The notes beneath the pieces were generated by a model, which ran no database searches, had not been told where the DNA came from, and saw only the letters and a list, made by a program, of their open reading frames with translations. The position numbers and the translations under genes were made by a program. Source: Octopus vulgaris (lineage: Eukaryota). Taken from it: a stretch of DNA of 64,000 nt. Location of the stretch: contig OX597817.1 of assembly GCA_951406725.2 (NCBI GenBank), positions 141,856,001-141,920,000 of the forward strand, given 5' to 3'. Below, one piece after another: positions 25,496 through 37,775 of the stretch (the stretch's first letter is position 1; the number at the start of each line of letters is the position of its first letter).

Positions 25496-25502
<7 letters not shown>
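25369..25502. mobile_element. Miniature fold-back relative of the 362-bp hammerhead element
   Basis: 27-bp arms TAATAGTTATCGCCAAGCTAACATGGC / GCCATGTTAGCTTGGTGATAACTATTA, then GCTGCCGT..TTTAGAGAGA as in 28405-28450; flanked by (TA)n. Confidence 0.7.
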
Positions 25503-25530
<28 letters not shown>

Positions 25531-26818
25531 CCTTCAGTTGAAGTAGTATATTTACTATGCAGCAGATATGCTGAAGTACATGCCTGAGGATGTTTGTCAA
25601 ATGCAACTCTTCCTAATATATCGTTTTCTGTATTAAAATCGTAAAGAACTTGCCACAGACATTATAATATGATGCCAAAAAAATATGAAGAAATGAAAGT
25701 ATGACAATAATAGCAATTTCACGCTTGACAATCATTTTATTACCTTTTCCAGTGAAATAGCAAATGACCTAAAAATACAATCGATTTTAGATCATTCTTT
25801 AATATAGTTTCTTCAAGTCAGATATATCGATCACATTGTGTAAGATTGAACTAAGGTGAGATGCATATCGCATAAAATTATCCGCAATGTAAAAACCAAC
25901 ACCGCTGAGTACAATAGTTACTGGTTAACGTCATATTTTTATAAAGAGCCAAGGCAAAACTGCAGATAACCTTTCCTACCTGGGTTAGTGTAGCACACCT
26001 TTGTTTCCTATTGTTTCAGTTAAATCACGTGGACAACATTCGTAAAGATTTTTGAAAGTAATTATAAATAACATTGTGATTCTCATTGGTGTCGCTAAGG
26101 GTTTTGATACCATTATCATTGATAATGGTATCGTCACTATAGCGACGATAACACAGTAACTGACATTATTACAAAAACGTCCATTTTGAATGGGTATTTT
26201 TGTTTATTAAAGAAATAATCTTTCCTAGACAAGGTTGCGATCAGGGAAAATGGTAAAAATTGATGAATTAGATTGCAATTCTAAAAGGTTATCTGAAATC
26301 GATACCCTAGTGCTGTTCTGAGATGATTTGCCTCACCTTGACAACAACTACTGCCGATGCAGTGTATATTAAACCCAGAAACAGCAATGCTCAATATAAG
26401 CCAAGATTAAGGCGGCTAACTAGCAGATTCTTTAGCATGATAGGCAAAACGGTTTGTAGCATTTCGTCCGGCTCTTTACGTTCTGTGATCAAATTCCGAC
26501 GAGGTCCACTTTGCATTTCCTTCTTTCGGGTCTATAAAATTAGTACTAGTTAAGCAATAGGGTCGATGTAATAGATTAAACCAATACTAGATTTTGCAGG
26601 CTTTATGTCAAAATTTGAAACCAATATTAACCACAATTTTCTTCTTCAACGTTCGAAACACAATCAAACTTATATAATCTAAATGGCTGTGTGAGAAGCT
26701 TGCTTCTCAACAATATGGTTCTGAATTCAGTCGCACAAAGTAGCACCTTGGTCAAGTGTTTTCTACTATAGCCTCGGACCGACTAATGCATGGCGAATTG
26801 GTTTTGAAACAAAACATC

Positions 26819-26860
<42 letters not shown>

Positions 26861-27029
26861 ATAATAGTTATCGCCATACTAATATGGCATTCTTATAAAA
26901 ATAAGAATAAAGCTGACCGCTTATTAGCTCCATGAGGCCATCGCCTTAAGTTAGCTATTTGATACACAAACTGTATCCATATAACCTTCGAACAAGGGAG
27001 GTCAGTCGCCCCACACTACTTGACCGACA

Positions 27030-27071
27030 GCTACAGACGCGTTTCGGGGTATTGCCCCTTTTCAATGTAGC
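27030..27071 (-). ncRNA. Hammerhead ribozyme, U3-A8 core variant (unit 1)
   Basis: GCTACA TTGAAAA GGGG-CAATA-CCCC GAAAC GC GTC TGTAGC. Confidence 0.8.
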
Positions 27072-27391
27072 GTAGTCAGACCAGTAGGTGTCGCTTCTGA
27101 CAATCTCTGTTCGAAGGTTTTATTTACCTAGTTTCGGTGGAATACATCCACTTGTTTTCAATAATAGAAATATTAAAATTACTAAGTCTCTCTAAAAGAG
27201 AACACGGCAGCGTTCCCGGAAAATCATAGTTATCGCCATACTAATATGGCATTCTTATAAAAATAAGAATAAAGCTGACCGCTTATTAGCTCCATGAGGC
27301 AATCGCCTTAAGTTAGCTATTTGATACACAAACTGTATCCATATAACCTTCGAACAAGGGAGGTCAGTCGCTCCACACTACTTGACCGACA

Positions 27392-27433
27392 GCTACAAAC
27401 GCGTTTCGGGGTATTGCCCCTTTTCAATGTAGC
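27392..27433 (-). ncRNA. Hammerhead ribozyme, U3-A8 variant (unit 2, GUU triplet)
   Basis: As unit 1 with GTT at the cleavage triplet. Confidence 0.75.
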
Positions 27434-27753
27434 GTAGTCAGACCAGTAGGTGTCGCTTCTGACAATCTCTGTTCGAAGGTTTTATTTACCTAGTTTCGGT
27501 GGAATACATCCACTTGTTTTCAATTATAGAAATATTAAAATTACTAAGTTTCTCTAAAAGAGAACACGGCAGCGTTCCCGGAAAATAATAGTTATCGCCA
27601 TACTAATATGGCATTCTTATAAAAATAAGAATAAAGCTGACCGCTTATTAGCTCCATGAGGCCATCGCCTTAAGTTAGCTATTTGATACACAAACTGTAT
27701 CCATATAACCTTCGAACAAGGGAGGTCAGTCGCTCCACACTACTTGACCGACA

Positions 27754-27793
27754 GCTACAGACGTTTCGGGGTATTGCCCCTTTTCAATGTAGC
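27754..27793 (-). ncRNA. Hammerhead ribozyme, U3-A8 variant (unit 3, shortened stem III)
   Basis: GAAAC GTC; a 2-nt loss leaves the ACGT palindrome. Confidence 0.7.
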
Positions 27794-28183
27794 GTAGTCA
27801 GACCAGTAGGTGTCGCGACAATCTCTGTTCGAAGGTTTTATTTACCTAGTTTCGGTGGAATAATCCACTTGTTTTCAATAATAGAAATATTAAAATTACT
27901 AAGTCTCTCTAAAAGAGAACACGGCAGCGTTCCCTGAAAATAATAGTTATCGCCATACTAATATGGCATTCTTATAAAAATAAGAATAAAGCTGACCGCT
28001 TATTAGCTCCATGAGGCCATCGCCTTAAGTTAGCTATTTGATACACAAACTGTATTCATATAACCTTCGAACAAGGGAGGTCAGTCGCTCCACACTACTT
28101 GACCGACAGCTACATACGCGTTTCGGGGTAAATAAAACCTTCGAACAGAGATTGTCAGAAGCGACACCTACTGGTCTGACTAC

Positions 28184-28225
28184 GCTACATTGAAAAGGGG
28201 CAATACCCCGAAACGCGTCTGTAGC
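28184..28225 (+). ncRNA. Hammerhead ribozyme, U3-A8 variant (inverted unit); predicted cleavage after 28219
   Basis: GCTACA TTGAAAA GGGGCAATACCCC GAAACGCGTC TGTAGC; perfect 6-bp stem I and 4-bp stem II. Confidence 0.8.
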
Positions 28226-28463
28226 TGTCGGTCAAGTAGTGTGGAGCGACTGACCTCCCTTGTTCGAAGGTTATATGGATACAGTTTGTGTATCAAATAG
28301 CTAACTTAAGGCGATGGCCTCATGGAGCTAATAAGCGGCCAGCTTTATTCTTATTTTTATAAGAATGCCATATTAGTATGGCGATAACTATTATTTTCCG
28401 GGAACGCTGTCGTGTTCTCTTTTAGAGAGACTTAGTAATTTTAATATTTCTATTATATATATA

Positions 28464-28511
<48 letters not shown>

Positions 28512-29487
28512 ATTATATATATATATACGGAGCAATTCATTCACAAAAAAATTATTTCTGAAGATATCCTTGACTCTGTTAGTATCTAATGTGGCAATTT
28601 AAAAATGATAATAACAGAAGCAATAATATAGGCGATTGCAGGGCCCAAAGAAACATTAAATAGCTGAAGGATTAAAATTAATCAAAGAACATGCTATTTT
28701 GGCAAATTAAATCTGACTTTTAGCTGTTATTTCCAGCAGGTAGACACACTTAGTATATCTTTTGATTAATTTCAATATATATATACAATTATTTATATGT
28801 GTGTGTATGTATGTATTATGTTATTATTATATTTTAAATAATTATATGTTTATTTCCCATTAATTATTTTAATCTTCATGAATTCTTTCTGACTCAAGCT
28901 TTCTTCGATTTTATACAACGCGACATTTATGTAACATCTTTTTCATTTTTATTTTATATTCCTTTTCTATTTGTATATTTACTGTTTCAACTTGCATGCT
29001 TCTGAAAGATCATTAGTGGAATCAACCAATCAAATTCAAATGTGAAAATGCCAATTTGAATCATAACCAAATATACATTATACGTACAATCACATTTTTT
29101 TTATTCCATTCCTGATCACAACTGCCTAACGAACATGAACGTGAGATTCTGAGTAGAAGTTTGGGGTGGTTTTGCAGCTCCAGTATTCCAGTTACGTTTT
29201 TTCCCACCTTGTTTCACATTTATGTGCTAACTCTGCTATATATATATATATATATATATAATAGTTATCGCCATACTAATATGGCATTATTATAAAAATA
29301 AGAAAAAAGCTGTCTGCTTATTAGGTAAGAGAGTTGGTATGTGAAAGCACCTCGTTGGATGTATGAAAGAGAAAAAAGAGTGAAAAAACTACAGAAGTCT
29401 TGTGTTATATGGTTAAAGAATATATTTAAATCCTTATGTTAGAAAAATATTATAATTTGCGTATAGTAACATAGTTGTTGGAGAAAT

Positions 29488-29594
29488 AAAAATATGGAAC
29501 GCTTCACGAATTTGCGTGTCATCCTCGCGTAGGGGCCATGCTAATCTTCTCTGTATCGTTCCAGTTTTAGAATATGTACCGCCGTAGCTAGTAC
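29488..29594 (-). pseudogene. U6: Full-length (107 nt) U6 snRNA copy, probably a retropseudogene
   Basis: GTACTAGCTACGGCGGTACATATTCTAAAACTGGAACGATACAGAGAAGATTAGCATGGCCCCTACGCGAGGATGACACGCAAATTCGTGAAGCGTTCCATATTTTT; ACAGAGA box intact, several substitutions, no upstream promoter. Confidence 0.95.
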
Positions 29595-29595
29595 A

Positions 29596-29647
29596 ATGCC
29601 CCCGGCGCAAGGATGACACGCAAATTAATGAAGCGTTACATATTTTC
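29596..29647 (+). pseudogene. U6: Partial U6 snRNA (3' half), inverted duplicate
   Basis: ATGCCCCCGGCGCAAGGATGACACGCAAATTAATGAAGCGTTACATATTTT. Confidence 0.85.
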
Positions 29648-29793
29648 ATTTCTCCCAAAACTATGTTACTATAACGCAAATTTTATAACATTTTTCTAAC
29701 AAAACGATTTAAATATATTCTTTAACCAAATATCGCAAGCCTTCTGTAGTTTTTCACTCTTTTTTGTCTTCTATATATATATATATATATATA

Positions 29794-30285
29794 CAGGGTA
29801 TCCCAAAAGTCACTGTGGGTTTCAGTTTTTGTTAGCTTCCTTAACAGTACAAATACATGCATGAACCGTTGATATAATATGAAGGACATAATGGTAATTA
29901 ATATGCAGAAGTCACATTTTGCAACACCACTACATTATATTTGAAATTAGACATCGCTTAAATGGCAGCCATTTTTGTCTTCACACGATTTTTGGTTTTC
30001 AAAAACTTGCACCATAACAACCTCAAGAGTTTCAGACCTCACTTCTCTGACTTCTCTGTTGATGTTCTCCTTCAGTTGAACCAGGATCTCCGGTTTATTA
30101 GCGTAAAAGCTCTCATTCAGGTTTTCCCGTAAGAAAAAATCCGGGTTGGTCTAATCTGAGCAACGTGAAGACCAGTTGACGTTGCCGTAGCGGGAGATTA
30201 TTTTCTCTCCATAGCACTGCCCTAGAAACTGCATTGTTTCTCTTGCAGCATGAGCAGTTGCCCCATCTCGCTGGAAACACGTGTG
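29794..30285 (-). mobile_element. rosa-type (DD41D) Tc1/mariner 3' fragment
   Basis: TA|CAGGGTATCCCAAAA terminus; minus strand FQRDGATAH...NWSSRCSD*TNPDFF with 41 residues between the 2nd and 3rd D. Confidence 0.75.
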
Positions 30286-31148
30286 AAGTCAAATTTAAAT
30301 GGCCTTCACGTTCCCCAGGCTTGACTAACCTGGATTTTTTTCTAGTGGGGGATACCTGAAAGTCACATTCGGACTCTTGGCCTTCAGTTAATATGAAAAC
30401 AGCCGGACGTTTTGAAAACTCCCTATTACACGAAACAAAATTTTACTGAATATTTCCCTTTAATGCCAACTGAATTGTCGTATTCTCGATATCCAAAACT
30501 AGTTTCTGCCTCTAAGTCTTTATTCATAAGTTTCCAAAGAATATATCTATACAGACTATCTTCCAAAACATATTTGTATGTAGACAATTTATCCACAAAT
30601 ATTATTTCATAGAACTGTATAGAAGGTCTTTGGAATATTCTGCAATCAAGATTTTTTTCTCTCTTTTTGTCGTATATGTCACTTGCACATTTAAGGAGAG
30701 AGTAACCCCAAGCAAACTGGTGTTCGATCTTAAAAATAGATTTGTCGCAACGGATATAATATTAAGACACTTTTGAAGATCACAAGGTCAACTATTCAAA
30801 GAAGGAAGAATCGCGTAAGGATTGTTTCACAAACACGCACACGCACACACACATATATACATACACATACACACACAAACACAAACTCACACACAAACAT
30901 ACACATAAACACACACACAAACATACACACACACACAGGCACATACACATACACACGAAAATGCATATGTGTGCATGTGTGCGAGAAAGAGAGAAGACAG
31001 AAAATATTTTTAACACCATCCGAAGATTTTGAATGCAGTGCTTCTGTTCTCTGCCGGAAAGCAGACGACATCACATTCCTGACCGTCCGTAACTTAGGTC
31101 GCTGAACATACACGTACCGACGCGATCTGTTAACAAAGGGGATCTCTA

Positions 31149-31219
<71 letters not shown>

Positions 31220-31809
31220 ATAAATAATATATAAATATATGCATATATACATACATATTTGTTCTTACCTACATATATATGTATATATATATGCATATAT
31301 GGGTACAGGACATCAAAAAAATGTTGAACAATATGAGAAACGAAAACATAAAAACAAAAACATAGAAATGAACGTTTTTCGAACAGCGAAGAAAACTGAG
31401 AAACGAGACTTTCTTAAAATTCCGCTAAACCCAAAAGACTGCCCTTAGTTCGATGACAATTAACAAAGCACAAAAAAAAGTACGTGATGTAAAACGCTTC
31501 AAGTAAGACATAGGGGCCCTAATTCATACTGTAATTAATTGTGATCCCATTTCATGGACTTTTATTTATTACTAACTACTAAATTTGTATTTTAAGAAAT
31601 TTATTTATTACGTAAGTTTCTTAATACTATATCATAAACTGATAACGAAAGTGGTAATTATACATTTTACGCTTATCAACTCGAAAAGACATCTAACTAC
31701 GGGTTAATTCAGCTTAAACCGTTCACAGGAGTGCACCGTTATAATAATTACACCGCCCAAAGGACGGGTGCATTTGCTAGTAAGAATATATATATATAGG
31801 AACACACTA

Positions 31810-32120
31810 TCGGTTACTTCGACGAGGGTCCCAGCTGATACGATCGACGGAAAAGCGTGCACGTGAAATTAACGGGCAAGAGGTTGAGCATTCCACAGAC
31901 ACGTGTACATTTAACATAGTCCTCAGGGAGATTCAGCAAGACACAGAGTTTTACAAGGCTGGCCCTTTGTAATACAGGGACTACTCATTTTAGCCAGCTG
32001 AGTGGTCTGGAGCAACGTTAAAATAAAGTGTCTCGCTCAAGGACACAACGCGTTCTCGGGAATTGAACTCATGACCATACGATCATGAGCCGAATATCTC
32101 AACCATAAAAGTTATCCACA
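31810..32120 (-). mobile_element. SINE family C
   Basis: Shares GGAGCAACG..AAATAAAGTGTCT.GCTCAAGGACAC with 1-369 and 37470-37775. Confidence 0.7.
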
Positions 32121-32732
32121 TCCGGGTTGTAAATTTATTTAATGTTCTTCCTACAGACAAGATTAAATTTTTTATATTCACCTCTGGCAAGCATCTTTGC
32201 CTTTTATATATATATATATATATACATACATATAAACAGCCAACACCAAAAAACACCACATACACAACACACACACACATCCACATCCACACACACACAC
32301 ACACATACACACACAGAGTTGCGAGCACGCACATACTCAAACATACACACAGTACCTCCTTCTCTTACACTCTCCTGTCTTAGAAAGAACTTTTTCTCCA
32401 TACATTTCCTACTGGTCATTTCAAAATGTAACCACATGCGAATCGTTGGCGAATTTCTTTTTCCTCCGTCTTCCTTTTCTCTTGGACTTTCCTCTGTCTC
32501 CTCTTTCGGTAGAAGAACTTTGTTCGAAACGTAAATCCACCTTCCTTTAATTCCCTTAGCGTCTGCTAATTCTTTGTATGTACTACGTCGTTGTGTTTCT
32601 TCTTCGTGTTTTTGTAACCAGTGCGTGTGATAATTATTGGTGTTATTATCTTCCCGAAATACTACGGATACTATTACTTTGTCTGATTGTTGTAAAAGAA
32701 GAGTGTCATTTGATCATGTATATATTACTACG

Positions 32733-33055
32733 GCACTCTTTCGGTGATGTAGAGGAGAGTTCTAGTCGAACCAATCAACGGAACAGCCTACTTGTTAAAT
32801 TAACTTGCAATTAACTCCACAGGCATGTGTACCATTAACGTAGTTCTCGGGGAGATTCAGCATGACACAAAGTGTGACAAGGCTGGCCCTTTGAAACAGG
32901 AAGAAAGAGTGTGAGAAAGTTGTGGTGAAAGAGTACAGCAGGGTTCGCCACCATCCACTGCTGAATCTTCGTGGAGGTTTAAGTGTTTTCGTTCAATAAA
33001 CACTCAGAACGCCCTGTTCGGGAATCGAAACCGCGATCCTATGACCGCGAGTCCG
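32733..33055 (-). mobile_element. Composite SINE: family B head joined to a family C-like body
   Basis: 32895-33055 is the reverse complement of the family B head; 32733-32895 matches 31810-31970. Confidence 0.65.
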
Positions 33056-34329
33056 TCATGTATATATATATATATATATAATAAAAACGATGGCCCTGAC
33101 AATGATCTCATTTCCTTTGCCTTTTTTTGATTTTGCCGATGGATACAAATTTGATCAGGAAATAATTTATTGTACTCAAGTACTAGATTGGCAGATTTAC
33201 TAGTACTTTATTTTATCAAGCTGTGAAGAAGGAAGAGAAATGCTGACGTAGACGGGATTTGAACTCACATTTCAAGCACTTCGAAGTAGTTTTTTTCTGT
33301 CACTTCACTGATTCAGCCGGTCTAACACTCAACAACAGGCAAACAATATAAACCGATGAATAAACTAAAACCTCGTCAATATCTAAACATGCAGAATGTT
33401 ATATAAATAAATGGCTGACGCGTATAGATAACCTCAATGATTTTGGCGGCCATTAACAGTGAAAATTAAGTAATATATATATATCAAGTATTGTAAAAAT
33501 GTCCCAGTAAATCATTTGTATGAAAGTTAGTAACAATGTGAATCGTTTCTTAGAAACTATCTTGGGATGTATACGAAGCTACCTCTTCCATAGAAGCCAT
33601 TGTTAACTATATTTCTTTGTAAGTTCTTGGAAATAATTGCATTAGTCTAACTTATATTCCTTATTTTCCTTCACTCGCTTCCATACATATGTTTTGCATG
33701 TCTATGTACAAAGCTGAATTGTTGCAAGACCATAAATTATTTCCTAGCATCATAGCGTCCTTTGTATGAGAAGTAAAAGTGACACGCGATAAAACAGCCA
33801 TTATGCTGGCCGTCGTAACTGTTGTAAGTCGTTTGTATTCCACCTAAAACTCTGCCAAAAATACTTAACCATTGAATAAGTACAGTAATACGTATTTTCC
33901 ACACATCAACTACCCGTGTATGAGCAGGCTGTTTATAACAATATTAATAAAACATATATTCAATAAACTATATTAGCTCAAACTTTAATGTATCAGACGA
34001 ATATATTTTTGGCAAATATATTAAGTATCATTCTTTCGGAATGGAACGGGATAATGTGACTTTATTCTGAGCATTAGCATATCGAGTTATACTCTAAAAA
34101 TGCTGAACTTGTATATATGAATGCAATTAAAGGAATTTGTACATGAAGAAAAATAGAAAATTATAATAAACATTTCATTCGGTGTTCTAGGAATATGAAT
34201 ATATATTGGTCTGAAAGTTTGGTCGAAGACCAGCAATATCGGGATAGGGTTTCAGTCGATTACCTCAATCCCAGTGCTCGACTGGTACTTATCTCATTTT
34301 ATCGACCTCGAAAGGAGGATGGAAGGCTA

Positions 34330-35670
34330 AGTCGAAGGCTAGTGAAGGCTGTAAATTCTTGGGCAGTATTATTATTTAGGTACTCAGCAGCTTTTATAGA
34401 TTGGACAAAAACTCAACTAGCAAAGCAAGACAGAAAAACTAGGAAAGACTTCAATATGAATGGAGGACTCCACCTAAGGGCAACAGTAGCAAGATTATAC
34501 TTATCTAGAAAGGAAATCTGAAGAGGGTTAATATCAGTTGAAGAGTGCGTGTAATTAGATAGAGCAGATATAGATCTCTACGTAAGTAATACTGAAGAAG
34601 GTTTATCAAAAGCTGCTAGAGTCACATCAAGGAAAAGGGAAAGCAAAAACCCAAACGAAGTTAAAAGCCAGAAAAAAGAACAGAAATTATCTGAGTGATA
34701 GGAGAAGGCGTGGAAGATTCCCCAAAATAGCTGCAGCAAATAGTAGTAGTGAGACATGGTTATGGCTGTAGAAAGGAAAGCTGAAGAGAGAGATGGACAG
34801 AGAGGAAGATAAGACAGACAGAGAAAAAAGATGGCTATGGATGACTAAAAGTGATTTAAAACCGGAAACGGATGCTCGAATCTGTGCTGCTCAAGAGCTA
34901 GCATTAAGAACCAATTACATCAAATACAGAATAGACAATACATCAGAAAGTGATAAGTGCAGAATTTATGGACAAATAGTGAAACGGTATGGCATATTAC
35001 CTAAACGGTATGGCATAAACGGTATGGCATAAACGGTATGGCAATGTACGCCACTAGCCCAGAAAGAATATAAGAGACGTCATGACAACATAACAAAAAT
35101 TGTCCATTGGACTTGACAGAGCAAAAACGTGGGACGAACATAAACCAGAATGCATCATCGAAAATAGAAATGCAAAGATCCTATGGGATTTTATGATTCA
35201 CTGCGATCATGAGATAGAGAATACGAAACCAGACATAGTGTTAAATAAGAAAGGAAGCCAACGATGCCGGATCATAGATATAGCATGCCCAGCTGACAAC
35301 AAGGTATGCGTTAAGGAGGAAAGAAAATTCGATAGATATGACAGGTTAGCTTGGGAGGTTAAGCAGTTGCCAGTGAAAAGGTAGCAGTAGTACCAATAGT
35401 TGTCGGAGCCCTGGGAACAGTGAGTAAAAATCTTGAGAACTACGTGGAACAAATAGGGATCGCAATAAGGATGGAGCACTTGTAGAAACCAGCACTGCTT
35501 GGAACCGCTCGAATACTCCGGATGGTGCCCAAAAAAATGAAGAGTGTTACCTTAGTTCGAATACTCTGGATGATGGTCGAAAAGTAAAGGGTGCTACCTT
35601 AGTTTGCTGGTAGTGAACAGCTGACACCTTAATACATCTCCAGCGCTAGAAGCTGTGCAAAGACAATAAG
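34330..35670 (+). mobile_element. 5'-truncated R4/Dong-clade LINE (restriction-like endonuclease), decayed
   Basis: ARLYLSRKE, AAQELALRTN, KCRI, EYKRRHD, KILWDF..KPDIV..IIDIACP, VPIVVGALG; ends in a TAA/TGA tract. Confidence 0.85.
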
Positions 35671-36963
35671 TAATAATGATGATGATGATGATGATGATGA
35701 CGACGACGATGATGATAATAATAAAAACGTAAAGACAGACGAAATACTGTTCTGCATTTGTCCGGTGTGCCAACAATTATTCCCGCTCGTCATCCTAGCA
35801 TTAATATATAGTAATGTAACATCTGAACGACAGAATGGAATGTTGTAATTGCTTCATCACTGAAACCAAAACTCTGAATGCTTTCTTTGGCTTAAACTAA
35901 AATAATAGGCACAAATGTAAATTTAGTTGGACACTGAATTTGTTTTGTTGCTGGACGCTAGCTTTCACCAAGCAGAATTTCGATCCAAAACAGCCTCAGC
36001 CATGCCCATCCTTATGTCGATAACTTTATATTTTATATTACATTGTTCAAAGTACCTTTTGATTTCTGGCGTATTATAGTTACTCTTGAGTGAAATGTTT
36101 CAGCCATTTATGTCACACACAGCGAAAATATAGAATAATCTTTTGTTTTTGATAATTAGCACGATTATCTAATGAACATTCATTTACGTAATCCATGTTT
36201 AGTTTTATTAAATCAACTATAATAGATAATAGAGATATAACAGCTAATATTTCCAAGCATTGAACAATCTGTAAAGTGCACTTAGATGATTTCCTGGTAG
36301 ATATCTGGTGATGAATCTCTCAACACCAGGTTTGCTTCATTAAATGCAACACTAATAATTCAGATTACGATAATTGGTGTGATGCTATGTGGAATATCAT
36401 GATAAATATTAGACAGGTTTGTGCTGATGTGGGCATTTCATGGTGTCTTTTGGTTTTAGATAACTAATTTAGACAACAATTTTCAAAACAAAATGCAATT
36501 TATGCACATACGTACGTACACAAATATATATATACATGCATTCTCATGCACATACACATACACATGTACATATACATATTTATATATATATATACATATA
36601 TACACACATATATTTCTTTTTTTCTTTATTCTTTTACATGTTTCAGTCATTTTACTATGACCATGCGGGAGCACCACCTTTATATATATACATATATAAA
36701 TATAAAGACACTCACTCACAAAAGAAAATTCACCATTCATTTGAACAACACCCTTTCACCTTCCTATTCTTAAGCCTCTCTTCTCCTACTTCGTTTGAAC
36801 CCTTGAACCTTTAGAACCTTCTAGATTCTTCTACATCCAACCATTTTGACGTCACTCCTTATAAAGGAATTTTTTAAAGAGACACTCATTTTCACTATGG
36901 GCTTCGTGTGAGCAGTCATCTAAAAGTTTTTTGTGCATCTTGATGTTGACATATGTTCCTTGC

Positions 36964-37046
36964 TTTTCCTGATGAGAAAGCGGCATAATATACTCCTTAT
37001 TCCTTCGCAATTAGGAATATGCAGCCTTCGAAACATATGTCGAAAA
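36964..37046 (+). ncRNA. Type I hammerhead ribozyme with long stem II; predicted cleavage after 37041
   Basis: TTTTC CTGATGA GAAAGCGGCATA...TATGCAGCCTTC GAAAC ATAT GTC GAAAA. Confidence 0.8.
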
Positions 37047-37469
37047 TAAAGGAATTTTGTTAATTCGTCGTTCAACTCCATTCTTTCATATATATATATA
37101 TCGTTGATATTATGCAAAAGTATCGTAAGTCCAGAACATTGCGTTTTAAGAAAACGAAAAATTAGTTTCGCTATATATATATACGACGGGCTTCTACAAA
37201 ATTTCAGCCTGACGAATTCCATCCTAAGGCATTGGTCGTTTCGGGTTTACAACAGAAGACAATTGTCCATTATAGGATAGAACCCGAAACTATGTGGTTC
37301 CATTGTGAGCTTCTTAGACATAAAGCCATGTCATGAAGGATTAAGATCTACATCAAGTACTCAATTCTTGCCTATATGATGACGCCATAATTTTCCATTT
37401 TATGCAGTCGTTTGTGAACCGAGGACACATGAATCCAAAACCACCTCAAACGATAATTTAAAACTGGCA

Positions 37470-37775
37470 CCTCGTCTTTCACGACGACAAGGGTACCAGT
37501 TGATCCGATCAACCGAACAGACTGCTTGTGAAAATAACCCGCAAGTGGCTGAGTACTCCGCAGATGCTCATACTCTTAACGTAGTTCTCAGAAAGATTCA
37601 GCGTGACACAGGAATGTACCTGTGCATTACAGGTACAACTCACTTTTGGCAGCTGACTGGATTGGAGCAAGAGGAAATAAAGTGTCTTGCTCAAGGACAC
37701 ATTGCGCCGACGTGTATCGAACTCAAACCTTTAAGAACTCGAGCAGAATACCCAAACCACTAAACCACGAAACTT
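37470..37775 (-). mobile_element. SINE family C
   Basis: Homologous to 31810-32120. Confidence 0.7.

Larger units (their letters stand above)
26863..28455 (-). mobile_element. Tandem 362-bp hammerhead repeat (retrozyme / PLE pseudo-LTR-like): 3.5 direct units plus one inverted unit
   Basis: ATAGTTATCGCC recurs at 26864, 27226, 27588 and 27943; strand switch at ~28127-28130; (TA)n on both sides. Confidence 0.9.
29260..29771 (-). mobile_element. U6-headed chimeric retrocopy with 5' inversion
   Basis: U6 + ~165-nt linker + 65-nt tail shared with the 362-bp element; inverted arm 29596-29771; (TA)n flanks. Confidence 0.8.

Noticed and set aside
29488-29594. Functional U6 gene
   Set aside because: Upstream sequence is the inverted arm with no PSE/TATA, and conserved positions are substituted
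31751-31781. Possible Helitron 3' end (hairpin + CTAG|T)
   Set aside because: Weak stem and no identifiable 5' end
33661-33845. Possible minus-strand exon after a TTTTAG acceptor
   Set aside because: No recognisable peptide in any frame and no partner exons
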